This document shows positions 9,108 to 17,006 of a stretch of 64,000 nt of DNA, one piece after another. The stretch covers positions 460,175 through 524,174 of the forward strand of contig CBDBHB010000006.1 of NCBI GenBank assembly GCA_965205505.1, written 5' to 3'. The notes beneath the pieces were generated by a model that saw only the letters and a list, made by a program, of their open reading frames with translations, made no database searches and was not told where the DNA came from. A program made the position numbers and the translations under genes. Position 1 is the first letter of the stretch. Each line of letters starts with the position of its first letter. This stretch comes from Acidobacteriota bacterium. Lineage in GTDB: Bacteria; Acidobacteriota; UBA890; WLXD01.

Positions 9108-9889
9108 ATGTCCCATAGAACGAGTAACGCTTTGGTGAGAAAGAAGTCGGAGACCAAGATGGCCATGCTGCTGGTCACGACGGCGCTGGTGGTGGCCCTG
9201 CCGACACCCGCGGCTCCGCCGCTGGCGCCGAAGCCACGTATACAGGAAAAAATGGCGATCATGACGCCGAAGATCGACGCTTTGATCAGCCCAGAGACGA
9301 CATCGTCGACGGTAATGAAGGCGAAGCTGGCCTCCCAGTAGGCAACCGGGCGCGCGTCGTTCATATACACGGAGACCACGTAGCCACCCAAGATGCCCAA
9401 GAGGTCGCCGATCACCACGACCACGGGCAACATCACCGCCCCCGCGATGACGCGCGGCACGACGAGGTACTTCACCGGGTCGGTCGCCATCGCTTCCATC
9501 GCGTCGATCTGCTCCGTGACGCGCATCGTGCCAATCTCCGCCGCCATCGCGGCGCCGGCCCGGCCGGCGACCATCAATGAGCCCAGCACCGGGATGAGCT
9601 CGCGCGTCATCGCCAAGGCAACCGAGAAAGCGACCAGTGTCGTGGCACCGAACTGCTCGAAGCCTTCCCAGATCTGCAAGGCGAACACGGCACCCGAGAA
9701 CACGGCGGTAACGATGATGACCGGCAAGGAACGATTGCCGAGCTCGACCATCTGCTCGAACCAATTCCGCACGTACAGCGGTCGACGAGTCAGGCTGGTA
9801 AGCGAGTGCCATAGCAGCAGCGACGCTTCCCCCGCCGATTCGAGGAACCCGATCGCGAACCGACCGATGCCGGCCACCAATCGGCTCAT
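9104..9889 (-). CDS. mlaE: ABC transporter permease MlaE
   Basis: RELIPVL, AGRAGAAMAAEIGTMRVTEQIDAM and GVGRATTSAVV motifs. Confidence 0.95.
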   Translation of the reverse strand: MSRLVAGIGRFAIGFLESAGEASLLLWHSLTSLTRRPLYVRNWFEQMVELGNRSLPVIIVTAVFSGAVFALQIWEGFEQFGATTLVAFSVALAMTRELIPVLGSLMVAGRAGAAMAAEIGTMRVTEQIDAMEAMATDPVKYLVVPRVIAGAVMLPVVVVIGDLLGILGGYVVSVYMNDARPVAYWEASFAFITVDDVVSGLIKASIFGVMIAIFSCIRGFGASGGAAGVGRATTSAVVTSSMAILVSDFFLTKALLVLWDM

Positions 9890-11241
9890 CGCTGCGTCTC
9901 CGCTGCGTCGTTGACGGCGGATGTCGGGTAGCGTCGCGGCACTCTAGAGCCGATACGGCTGAGAATCTCGTGCGGGATGGTCTCCGCCCATTCCGAAACT
10001 TCCTCGACGCTGATGCACGCCTGCCTGGCGGTTTCCATAGAGACAGGCCGCGCCTTGACGGTGGCCTCGTCGTCGTCCCCATCGGCGGCCGCAACGGCGA
10101 TCGACAGGGTGTCAGAATAGCCCGCCGATTCGGCTTCGGCCTCACTCGTGGAGCCCGCCAAAGGTTCGGTACCACCGAACACGACGACTTCGTCGCCGAC
10201 CCGTGCCGCAGGCACATCGGTAACATCGACGAGGGTGATGTCCATGCTGACCCTGCCGATGATCGGAGCCCGACGGCCACCTATCGAAACCCAGCCGCGG
10301 TTGCCGAGGGCGCGTGGAAGACCGTCGTGGTACCCCAGGGGCAATGCGGCTACCCGAGTCGCTTTATAGGTGGTGGCGGTCATCCCGTATCCCACCGTGA
10401 CCCCCTTCGGAAGGTCGCGGATCGCCATGATGCCGGTAACCAGCCGCATCGCCGGACGTAGCCCGGCAATACCCCTTCCCGGGTTGAGTGAGCCTCCGTA
10501 GATCGCCAGGCCCGGTCGTACGCCGGTAAATGTTGGGCCACGCCATGACCCCGCGTGGTGCATCAGACCGGCGCTATTCGCCAGGGTGCGATGCGCCGGC
10601 AGTATGTCGTCCTGTTCGAGCACTGCACAGACCTGATCGAAGATGTCGACCTGCTGCCGCACGAAGTCCGTTCCTGGATCAGCGTCGGCGAAGCTGTCGC
10701 TGCTGGCGAGATTCGAGAAAAGCCCGTCGAACGACAAGGTCGGCTCGTCGGCCAGCGCCCGCGCCAGGTGGGTGACCTGATCTGGCACGATGCCGAGCCG
10801 CCCCATACCGGTGTCGACCTTGAGATGGACCGAGGCCGGTCCGATTCCGAGCTCTCGAGCCGTGTCCGCCAGTCGAGCTCCGACGGTGGCATCCTGGATA
10901 CCGGCGGCGAGGCCATACTCCACGACCATTCGAAAGGCATCTTCCGATGCTGAGACGGCGAGCCCGGCCATGACCAGAACAGGCACTTCGATGCCCGCCT
11001 GCCGCAACTGGCGACCTTCACAAGCGGTCGCCACGCACAACCCGGCGACGCGTTCGGCGCAGAGCGCGCTGGCGACAGCCACGGCTCCATGTCCGTACGC
11101 GTCGGCCTTGACCACAGGCCAGATGTCGATGGCGCCGACCTTGTCGCGCAGGCGCCGCAAGTTGTGCACGCAGGCGCCGAGATCGATCTCCGCCACGGTC
11201 GGTCGGCAGGAGCTTGGCATCGGCGATGAAGCTTCGCGCAT
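9886..11241 (-). CDS. alr: Alanine racemase
   Basis: VVKADAYGHG (PLP lysine), HLKVDTGMGRLG, GYHDG and GRVSMD motifs. Carries an acidic insertion near the C-terminus. Confidence 0.95.
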   Translation of the reverse strand: MREASSPMPSSCRPTVAEIDLGACVHNLRRLRDKVGAIDIWPVVKADAYGHGAVAVASALCAERVAGLCVATACEGRQLRQAGIEVPVLVMAGLAVSASEDAFRMVVEYGLAAGIQDATVGARLADTARELGIGPASVHLKVDTGMGRLGIVPDQVTHLARALADEPTLSFDGLFSNLASSDSFADADPGTDFVRQQVDIFDQVCAVLEQDDILPAHRTLANSAGLMHHAGSWRGPTFTGVRPGLAIYGGSLNPGRGIAGLRPAMRLVTGIMAIRDLPKGVTVGYGMTATTYKATRVAALPLGYHDGLPRALGNRGWVSIGGRRAPIIGRVSMDITLVDVTDVPAARVGDEVVVFGGTEPLAGSTSEAEAESAGYSDTLSIAVAAADGDDDEATVKARPVSMETARQACISVEEVSEWAETIPHEILSRIGSRVPRRYPTSAVNDAAETQR

Positions 11242-11277
11242 GCGCCTATGTTAGCTGCGCGCTCAACGCCGCACCGA

Positions 11278-12627
11278 TCAGAAGGCTCCCTCGACGTCGG
11301 CGCGATCCTTGAAGAGCGTGTAGGGCTTCAGGAAGGCGAGCGGAACGCTGCCGGTCGGGCCGTTTCGCTGCTTGGCGATGATGAGCTCGGCGAGACCCTC
11401 GAGCTCCGGGTCCTCCTGGTTGTACACCTCGGGGCGGAAGATGAACGCAACGACGTCGGCGTCTTGCTCCAGGTTGCCGGATTCGCGCAGGTCCGACAGC
11501 TGCGGGCGATGACCCGACCGCGTCTCGGTGGCACGCGAGAGCTGAGAGAGCGCCAGTACTGGCACCTGCAGCTCCTTGGCGAGCGCTTTGAGCGAGCGTG
11601 ATATCTCTCCCAGCTCGAGGTTGCGGTTGTCGGTACGGGTGCTGCCGCGAACCAGCTGCAAGTAGTCGACGATCAACAAATCGAGGCCGTGCTCGGCCTT
11701 CAGCCGGCGCGCCTTGGCACGCATCTCGAGCGCCGTTAGCGAGGCCGAGTCATCGATGAAGATCTTGGTCTCGGACAGCTTGTGCAGACCGTCGAGCAGG
11801 CGGTCCTTGTCGCCGCTCGACAGAAACCCAGTGGCGAGCTTGTGAGCATTCACCTGGGCGACGGCGGTGACCAGCCGGCGGATCACCTGCTGGACAGACA
11901 TCTCGAGCGAGAACACCCCGACGGTGCCGCCCACCTCGAGCGCCACGTGTTGGGCGACGTTGAGCGCCAAGGACGTCTTACCCATCGACGGGCGCGCCGC
12001 CAGGATCACCAGGTCGCCCGGTTGCAAACCGGCGGTCAAGGCGTCGAGTCGCTTGAAACCAGTGGGCACGCCGGTGACATAGTCACCGCGCTCCATTAGC
12101 TCCTCGATCTCCTTCATGGCGTCGAAGGCGACGTCGCGGACGGAGAGGAACCCGCGCCGAATGTTGCTCTCGCTGATCGCGAAGATCGAGTGCTCGGCGC
12201 GATCGAGCAAATCGTCGGTCGCGATGGCGCCCTCCAGCGCCATGCGGATGATGGAGTTGGACGCCCCGATGAGATTCCGCAGCGCTGCCTTGTCCTTGAT
12301 AATGCGCGCATACTGATCGACGTTCGCCGCTGCTGGCAAGCCGTCGATCAAGCTGGAGATATATGCCGCTCCGCCGGAGCGCTCCAGCGCGTCACGCCGT
12401 GCTAGTTCCTCGCGCAGGGTCACCGTATCGATGGCTTCGGAACGCTCCGACAGCCAGGCCATGGCCTCGTAGATCAGCCGGTTGGCATCACCGAAGAAAT
12501 CTTCGGGAGAGAGGATCTGGGCCGCGGCGTTGAACGCCTGATTGTCCAGCAGCACGGCACCAAGGATGGAGCGCTCTACCTCTACGTTGTGCGGTAACGC
12601 GCGCTCAGTGGTGAGCTCCTGCTGCAA
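11278..12627 (-). CDS. dnaB: Replicative DNA helicase
   Basis: AARPSMGKT, IVDYLQL, LSQLSR, LSDLRESGNLEQDAD and KQRNGPTG motifs. No intein. Confidence 0.97.
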   Translation of the reverse strand: MQQELTTERALPHNVEVERSILGAVLLDNQAFNAAAQILSPEDFFGDANRLIYEAMAWLSERSEAIDTVTLREELARRDALERSGGAAYISSLIDGLPAAANVDQYARIIKDKAALRNLIGASNSIIRMALEGAIATDDLLDRAEHSIFAISESNIRRGFLSVRDVAFDAMKEIEELMERGDYVTGVPTGFKRLDALTAGLQPGDLVILAARPSMGKTSLALNVAQHVALEVGGTVGVFSLEMSVQQVIRRLVTAVAQVNAHKLATGFLSSGDKDRLLDGLHKLSETKIFIDDSASLTALEMRAKARRLKAEHGLDLLIVDYLQLVRGSTRTDNRNLELGEISRSLKALAKELQVPVLALSQLSRATETRSGHRPQLSDLRESGNLEQDADVVAFIFRPEVYNQEDPELEGLAELIIAKQRNGPTGSVPLAFLKPYTLFKDRADVEGAF

Positions 12628-12682
12628 GATCGGCCTCCGACGCTACGCGACAGCAAATGCGAATTCTATGTTACGCCGCTCG

Positions 12683-12704
12683 CTAGTGTCCTTACGGGAC
12701 GCTA
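12683..12704. repeat. Short palindrome CTAGTGTCCT-TAC-GGGACGCTA (possible collapsed MITE footprint)
   Basis: Imperfect inverted repeat whose right end is the TAG stop of the DUF5989 gene. Shares CTAGTGTCCT with the palindrome at 29219. Confidence 0.55.
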
Positions 12705-12851
12705 AAAAAGCGCATAGATGAAGGGCGCGACGGCGGAGCCCTCCGAGAGCACGATCAACAAGCCGAGCAACACGAGGAACACCACGATCGGCGTCACCCA
12801 CCACTTCTTGCGGGATCTCAGAAAACCCCAGATGAGACTTAGCCTCGACAT
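12702..12851 (-). CDS. DUF5989 / SxtK-like small membrane protein
   Basis: MSRLSLIWGFLRSRKKWWVTPIV...GSAVAPFIYALF, the typical RKKWW...APFIYxLF signature. Confidence 0.9.
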   Translation of the reverse strand: MSRLSLIWGFLRSRKKWWVTPIVVFLVLLGLLIVLSEGSAVAPFIYALF

Positions 12852-12930
12852 CCCTGTACCTCCTGCTCCAGCGTCCTGCGATTCGTCACGGAGAATACAG
12901 CATCGCCACCGTGGCTTTCGCGGCCAAGCC

Positions 12931-13329
12931 TCAATAGGGCTTATCGGAGCGTGCCGCGGGCCCGTCCGGCTCCACCGGAACCCAGTAGCTCTCAGCATCG
13001 GGATCTCGTCGCATGTCCAGGAGGTCCTTTCCTGACAGCCGCAGCAAGAAGCCCATCGGGGTCATCACAACGAAGAACATCAGCGTCAAGATCAGCGTCG
13101 TCATGACAACCTGCAGAAGGCGCGCCAACGCCATCCAGACACGCTCGATCGGTGCCAGAACCGGCGGCAGGATCAGCGCGGCAACGAGGAACGCCGCGCT
13201 CACGTAGAGCAGATACGGGCCCGCCGGCCGCTCTCTCCACAACAGCAACGACGCCAGCAGCGCAAACGCCACCGCCATCACGATTCCGAACTTACGCAGC
13301 CGCTGCGCGTCAGTTTGCTGCTTCTTCAT
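12931..13329 (-). CDS. SxtJ-family membrane protein
   Basis: LRKFG...WMALA...FFVVMTPMG...GKDLL...SYW pattern; lies between the carbamoyltransferase and DUF5989. Confidence 0.88.
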   Translation of the reverse strand: MKKQQTDAQRLRKFGIVMAVAFALLASLLLWRERPAGPYLLYVSAAFLVAALILPPVLAPIERVWMALARLLQVVMTTLILTLMFFVVMTPMGFLLRLSGKDLLDMRRDPDAESYWVPVEPDGPAARSDKPY

Positions 13330-13341
13330 GGCCTCGATTTG

Positions 13342-15162
13342 CTAATCCAGATCGTAAATGTCGCGCCAGTCCACATCGTCACCGAGCGGCGGCTGGTCGG
13401 ACTTCATCAGGATGCAATCTTGCAGGACGAGCACGTCCATTTCCGTTCGCATGAAGCAGAGATAGGCATCCTCGGGGGTGCATACGATCGGCTCGCCGCG
13501 AACGTTGAACGACGTGTTGACTATGATGCCGTAGCCGGTGCGCTCCTTGAACGCTTCGATCAGCCGGCGATACTGCGGATGATCACGCGCATCGACCGTC
13601 TGCACACGGGCAGAGTAGTCGACGTGTGTCACCGCTGGGATGTCGGAACGCGGTACGTTCAACTTGCTGATACCGAATAATCGTGCCTGCTCCTCGGTCA
13701 TCGCGACCCGACGCTCCTCTCGCACCGGGGCAACCAGCAACATGTAGGGCGATGGCCGATCGAGGTCGAAGTACTCCGAAACGTCTTCGACCAGGCAGCT
13801 GGGTGCGAACGGGCGGAACGACTCGCGGTACTTGATCTTGAGGTTGAGCTTGCGCTGCATTTCCCGATCGCGGGAGTCGCCGATGATGCTTCGCGCGCCC
13901 AGCGCGCGCGGCCCGAACTCCATGCGTCCGCTGAACCAGCCGACCACGTTTCCCTTAGACAGCGAGTCAGCGGTGACATCGGGGATGGTCGTCTCGGTGT
14001 GACGCTCGTAGGGGTAGCGCTGCTCGAGAAGCCACTGTTCGATCTCGTCACCGCTCCACGACGGCCCCAGGTAGGACCCGCTCTGCAGATCGCGTCCATC
14101 GGCAGCGGTGTAGCGCGGCACGGCGTGAACCTGGTGGGCTACGAAGAGCGCCGCGCCCAAGGCGCCGCCGGCGTCGCCTGCCGCGGGCTGGATCCAGACA
14201 TCGTCGAAGATGCCGGCTCGCAGGATCTTACCGTTGGCGACGCAGTTCAAAGCCACGCCGCCGGCCATGACCAGATTACGCTCACCAGTCTGTGTGCGGA
14301 CGTGCCTGGCCATCCGCAGCATCACCTCCTCACAAACCTCCTGGACCGACCGCGCCAGGTCCATCTCGCGCTGAGTGAGCTCACTCTCTGGCTGCCGCGG
14401 AGGCGCGCCGAACAGCTCGTGGAACGCCTCCGAGGTCATGGTCAGACCCTGGCAGTAGTTGAAGTACTTCATGTCGAGCCGAAAGGAACCGTCTGCACGC
14501 AGATCCATCAGCTCGTCGAGGATCAAGTCTACGTACTTGGGCTCGCCGTACGGTGCGAGGCCCATGACCTTGTACTCACCGGAGTTCACTCGGAAGCCGG
14601 TGTAGTAGGTGAACGCGGTGTACAGCAGGCCCAGGCTGTGCGGGAACCTGAGCTCGGCGGCAAGCTCGATGCTGTTGTCTACCCCAGCGCCCCAGGAGGC
14701 GGTCGCCCACTCGCCTACCCCGTCGATCGTGAGGATCGCAGCCGACTCGAAAGGCGAGGGGAAGAACGCCGAGGCGGCGTGTGACTGGTGATGCTCCGGG
14801 TAGAGCATATCGCCCTCGAAACCCGTCTCCCGGGCGATCAGCTCTCCCATCCAGAGCTTCTGCTTGAGCCAGAGCGGCATGGCCTTCAGAAACGAGTTGA
14901 GGCCCTGCGGGGCGAATGCTAGGTAGGTCTCCAGGAGACGCTCGAACTTGGCCCACGGCTTGTCATAGAAGGCGACCGCGTCGAGATCCGACGCCTCGAT
15001 ATCGCCGGTTCTCAGACAGTACTCGACAGCGTGGGCGGGAAAACGGAAGTCGTGCTTCTTGCGCGTGAAGCGTTCCTCTTGGGCCGCCGCCACGATGGTG
15101 TCGTCGCGCACCAAGCACGCCGCGGAGTCGTGGTAGAAAGCCGAGATCCCGAGGATGTTCAT
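13342..15162 (-). CDS. Carbamoyltransferase (CmcH/NodU/SxtI family)
   Basis: ILGISAFYHDSAA, EERFTRKKHD, EHHQSHAASAF, EYKVMGLAPYG, MEFGPRALGARS and NTSFNVRGEP motifs. Confidence 0.95.
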   Translation of the reverse strand: MNILGISAFYHDSAACLVRDDTIVAAAQEERFTRKKHDFRFPAHAVEYCLRTGDIEASDLDAVAFYDKPWAKFERLLETYLAFAPQGLNSFLKAMPLWLKQKLWMGELIARETGFEGDMLYPEHHQSHAASAFFPSPFESAAILTIDGVGEWATASWGAGVDNSIELAAELRFPHSLGLLYTAFTYYTGFRVNSGEYKVMGLAPYGEPKYVDLILDELMDLRADGSFRLDMKYFNYCQGLTMTSEAFHELFGAPPRQPESELTQREMDLARSVQEVCEEVMLRMARHVRTQTGERNLVMAGGVALNCVANGKILRAGIFDDVWIQPAAGDAGGALGAALFVAHQVHAVPRYTAADGRDLQSGSYLGPSWSGDEIEQWLLEQRYPYERHTETTIPDVTADSLSKGNVVGWFSGRMEFGPRALGARSIIGDSRDREMQRKLNLKIKYRESFRPFAPSCLVEDVSEYFDLDRPSPYMLLVAPVREERRVAMTEEQARLFGISKLNVPRSDIPAVTHVDYSARVQTVDARDHPQYRRLIEAFKERTGYGIIVNTSFNVRGEPIVCTPEDAYLCFMRTEMDVLVLQDCILMKSDQPPLGDDVDWRDIYDLD

Positions 15163-15204
15163 CGCGGCACCGTCCACCCTGCGATCAGCGGCCGGTGCAA
15201 CCGA

Positions 15205-15219
15205 ACCACGGCCTGCTAG
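15205..15219 (-). repeat. Isolated 15-bp copy of the MITE terminus (ACCACGGCCTGCTAG)
   Basis: Identical to 8316-8330; lies between the rplI stop and the carbamoyltransferase start. Confidence 0.65.
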
Positions 15220-15238
15220 GAGCACTTCGCTTCGCCGC

Positions 15239-15811
15239 TCAGGCGTCCTCGTTTTCGGAGGGAGCTTCGTCGTCGGTCACGTTGTCCTCGTCGTCGTCGG
15301 AATCGACTGGCTCGACTACCTCGTCGGCTGCGTCGCCCGGAGCGGACTCCACGGCCGCGCCATCCTCACTGGAGACGATCACACGCACCGCCGCCGCGAC
15401 GCCGTGCGCCAGCGACAGCGGCACATCGTACTCGCCGAGATGCTTGATCGGCTGCTCGAGATGGATCTCGCCTCTTTGGATCGTGAAGCCCCGCTCCCCC
15501 AGATCGTCGCCGATATCGGCGACGCTCACCGACCCGTAGAGCGTTCCCGCACCAACGTCGGCCACCTTGCGCCTGAAGCTCAGCGACACGTCGGCCAGCG
15601 ACTTGGCGATGATCTCGGCCTGGGCACGCTTCTCGGCAGCCTCGGCGCGAAGTCGCGTGAGCTCATGGTCGATCGAGCGAAGGTTGGCCTCGGTAGCGCG
15701 AATGGCCAGTTGCTGCGGTAGAAGGTAGTTGCGTGCGTAGCCTTTCTTGACTTCTACGAGGTCACCTGGCTCGCCCAGGTGGGTGACGCTCGCTCTCAAA
15801 ATCAGCTTCAT
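15239..15811 (-). CDS. rplI: 50S ribosomal protein L9
   Basis: VKKGYARNYLLP and LYGSVS motifs; acidic C-terminal tail. Confidence 0.97.
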   Translation of the reverse strand: MKLILRASVTHLGEPGDLVEVKKGYARNYLLPQQLAIRATEANLRSIDHELTRLRAEAAEKRAQAEIIAKSLADVSLSFRRKVADVGAGTLYGSVSVADIGDDLGERGFTIQRGEIHLEQPIKHLGEYDVPLSLAHGVAAAVRVIVSSEDGAAVESAPGDAADEVVEPVDSDDDEDNVTDDEAPSENEDA

Positions 15812-15869
15812 GGTCGTGTCCTCGATGAGTCCGACACCCGGCAGTCATGTGGCACGGGTGTCGGCCGCC

Positions 15870-16094
15870 TCACTCAGAGACGTACGGCAACAGTGCCATA
15901 TAGCGCGCGCGCTTCACGGCGCCGCTCAGCATGCGCTGATGGCGGGCAGAGTTGCCGTTCGTTCGACGCGGAATGATCTTGCCGCGGGGGTCGATGTACT
16001 GCCTCAGCAGCTCGACGTCTTTGTAGTCGACGTATTGAGCGTTCGACTTGGTGAGCTTGCTGACCTTCTTGCGGCGGGGACGAAAGGAGCGCAT
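15870..16094 (-). CDS. rpsR: 30S ribosomal protein S18 (Cys-free form)
   Basis: VDYKDVELLRQYI..RGKIIPRR...HQR...AVKRARYMALLPY. Confidence 0.96.
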   Translation of the reverse strand: MRSFRPRRKKVSKLTKSNAQYVDYKDVELLRQYIDPRGKIIPRRTNGNSARHQRMLSGAVKRARYMALLPYVSE

Positions 16095-16097
16095 CGC

Positions 16098-16928
16098 TCA
16101 GTCCTCCTTCCGAGGTTCGCCTTCGGCGACGCCATCGGAGCTGTCATCAGCCGGCGGCGTTTCGCCTGCCGGCTCGTCGTCGGAATCATCGTCGGCCGAG
16201 TCGTCGTCAACCACCACTGCCTCGTCAGCGGAAGCCGTGTCATCGCCGCCGAGTGCAACAGTCTCGTCAGTCGGAGCCGTGTCATTGTCGTCGATTGCGA
16301 CAGTCTCGTCAGCCGAAGCCGTGTCGTCGTCGATTGCGACAGTCTCGTCAGCCGAGGCCGTGTCGTCGTCGATCGCGACAGTCTCGTCAGCCGAAGCCGT
16401 GTCGTCGTCGATCGCGACAGTCTCGTCAGCCGAAGCCGCGTCGTCATCGATTGCGACGGTCTCGTCAGCCGAAGCCGTGTCATCAGTCTCCGCCAACTCA
16501 TCGCGCTCCGACACCGACGTTTCCGCCTCGGCGCGCTTCGCTGCGGCGCGCTGATCGGCTGCTTCCATCTGCGCCTTGGCCAACTCTTCATCTACCGGGC
16601 CCCGCTCAGCGAGCGCCTGCCGCGCAGCTGTCTCTTGCACATCGCTCAGACGGACCGCCATCTCCCGAAGGATCGATTCGCGGATCTTGGTGTAGGCGCG
16701 GAACTCGCCCGGCAGCGTCGCGGGTCCCGTCGCGTAGATCAGCAGGTAGACGCCTTCGGTGTGCTTGCCGATGGGGTACGCAAGCTTGCGGCGGCCCCAC
16801 CTGTTGACGTCGATGACCTCGCCACCGGACGCGGCGAGCTGCTGTCGTAGCCCGCCGATGACCGCGTCGATTCCCTCGTCAGTTTCATCGGGAGACGCGA
16901 TCACCAGGATCTCGTACAGGTTATTCAT
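16098..16928 (-). CDS. rpsF: 30S ribosomal protein S6 with long acidic repeat tail
   Basis: YEILVI and WGRRKLAYPI..HTEGVY motifs. ATG at 16928 has a GAGGAG RBS. 276 aa. Confidence 0.93.
   Translation of the reverse strand: MNNLYEILVIASPDETDEGIDAVIGGLRQQLAASGGEVIDVNRWGRRKLAYPIGKHTEGVYLLIYATGPATLPGEFRAYTKIRESILREMAVRLSDVQETAARQALAERGPVDEELAKAQMEAADQRAAAKRAEAETSVSERDELAETDDTASADETVAIDDDAASADETVAIDDDTASADETVAIDDDTASADETVAIDDDTASADETVAIDDNDTAPTDETVALGGDDTASADEAVVVDDDSADDDSDDEPAGETPPADDSSDGVAEGEPRKED
16224..16490 (-). repeat. 39-bp coding tandem repeat (ETVAIDDDTASAD) in rpsF
   Basis: Units start at 16308, 16347, 16386 and 16425 (partial at 16464), with degenerate 42-bp units to the left. Confidence 0.92.
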
Positions 16929-17006
16929 GTTCTCCTCTCGGACAAATGGCCCCCGGAGGGGCGAGGAGCGCACGCTCGGAGTGCCCGTTGTGCAGGGGAA
17001 CTCCTC

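Noticed and set aside
11278-12627. Intein in dnaB
   Set aside because: The protein is normal length (449 aa) with contiguous helicase motifs.
12702-15162. Saxitoxin biosynthesis
   Set aside because: Only the widespread sxtI/J/K-like triad is present; there is no sxtA, sxtG or other core gene.
16224-16490. CRISPR-like periodic repeats
   Set aside because: Units are contiguous without unique spacers, in frame within rpsF, and no cas genes are present.
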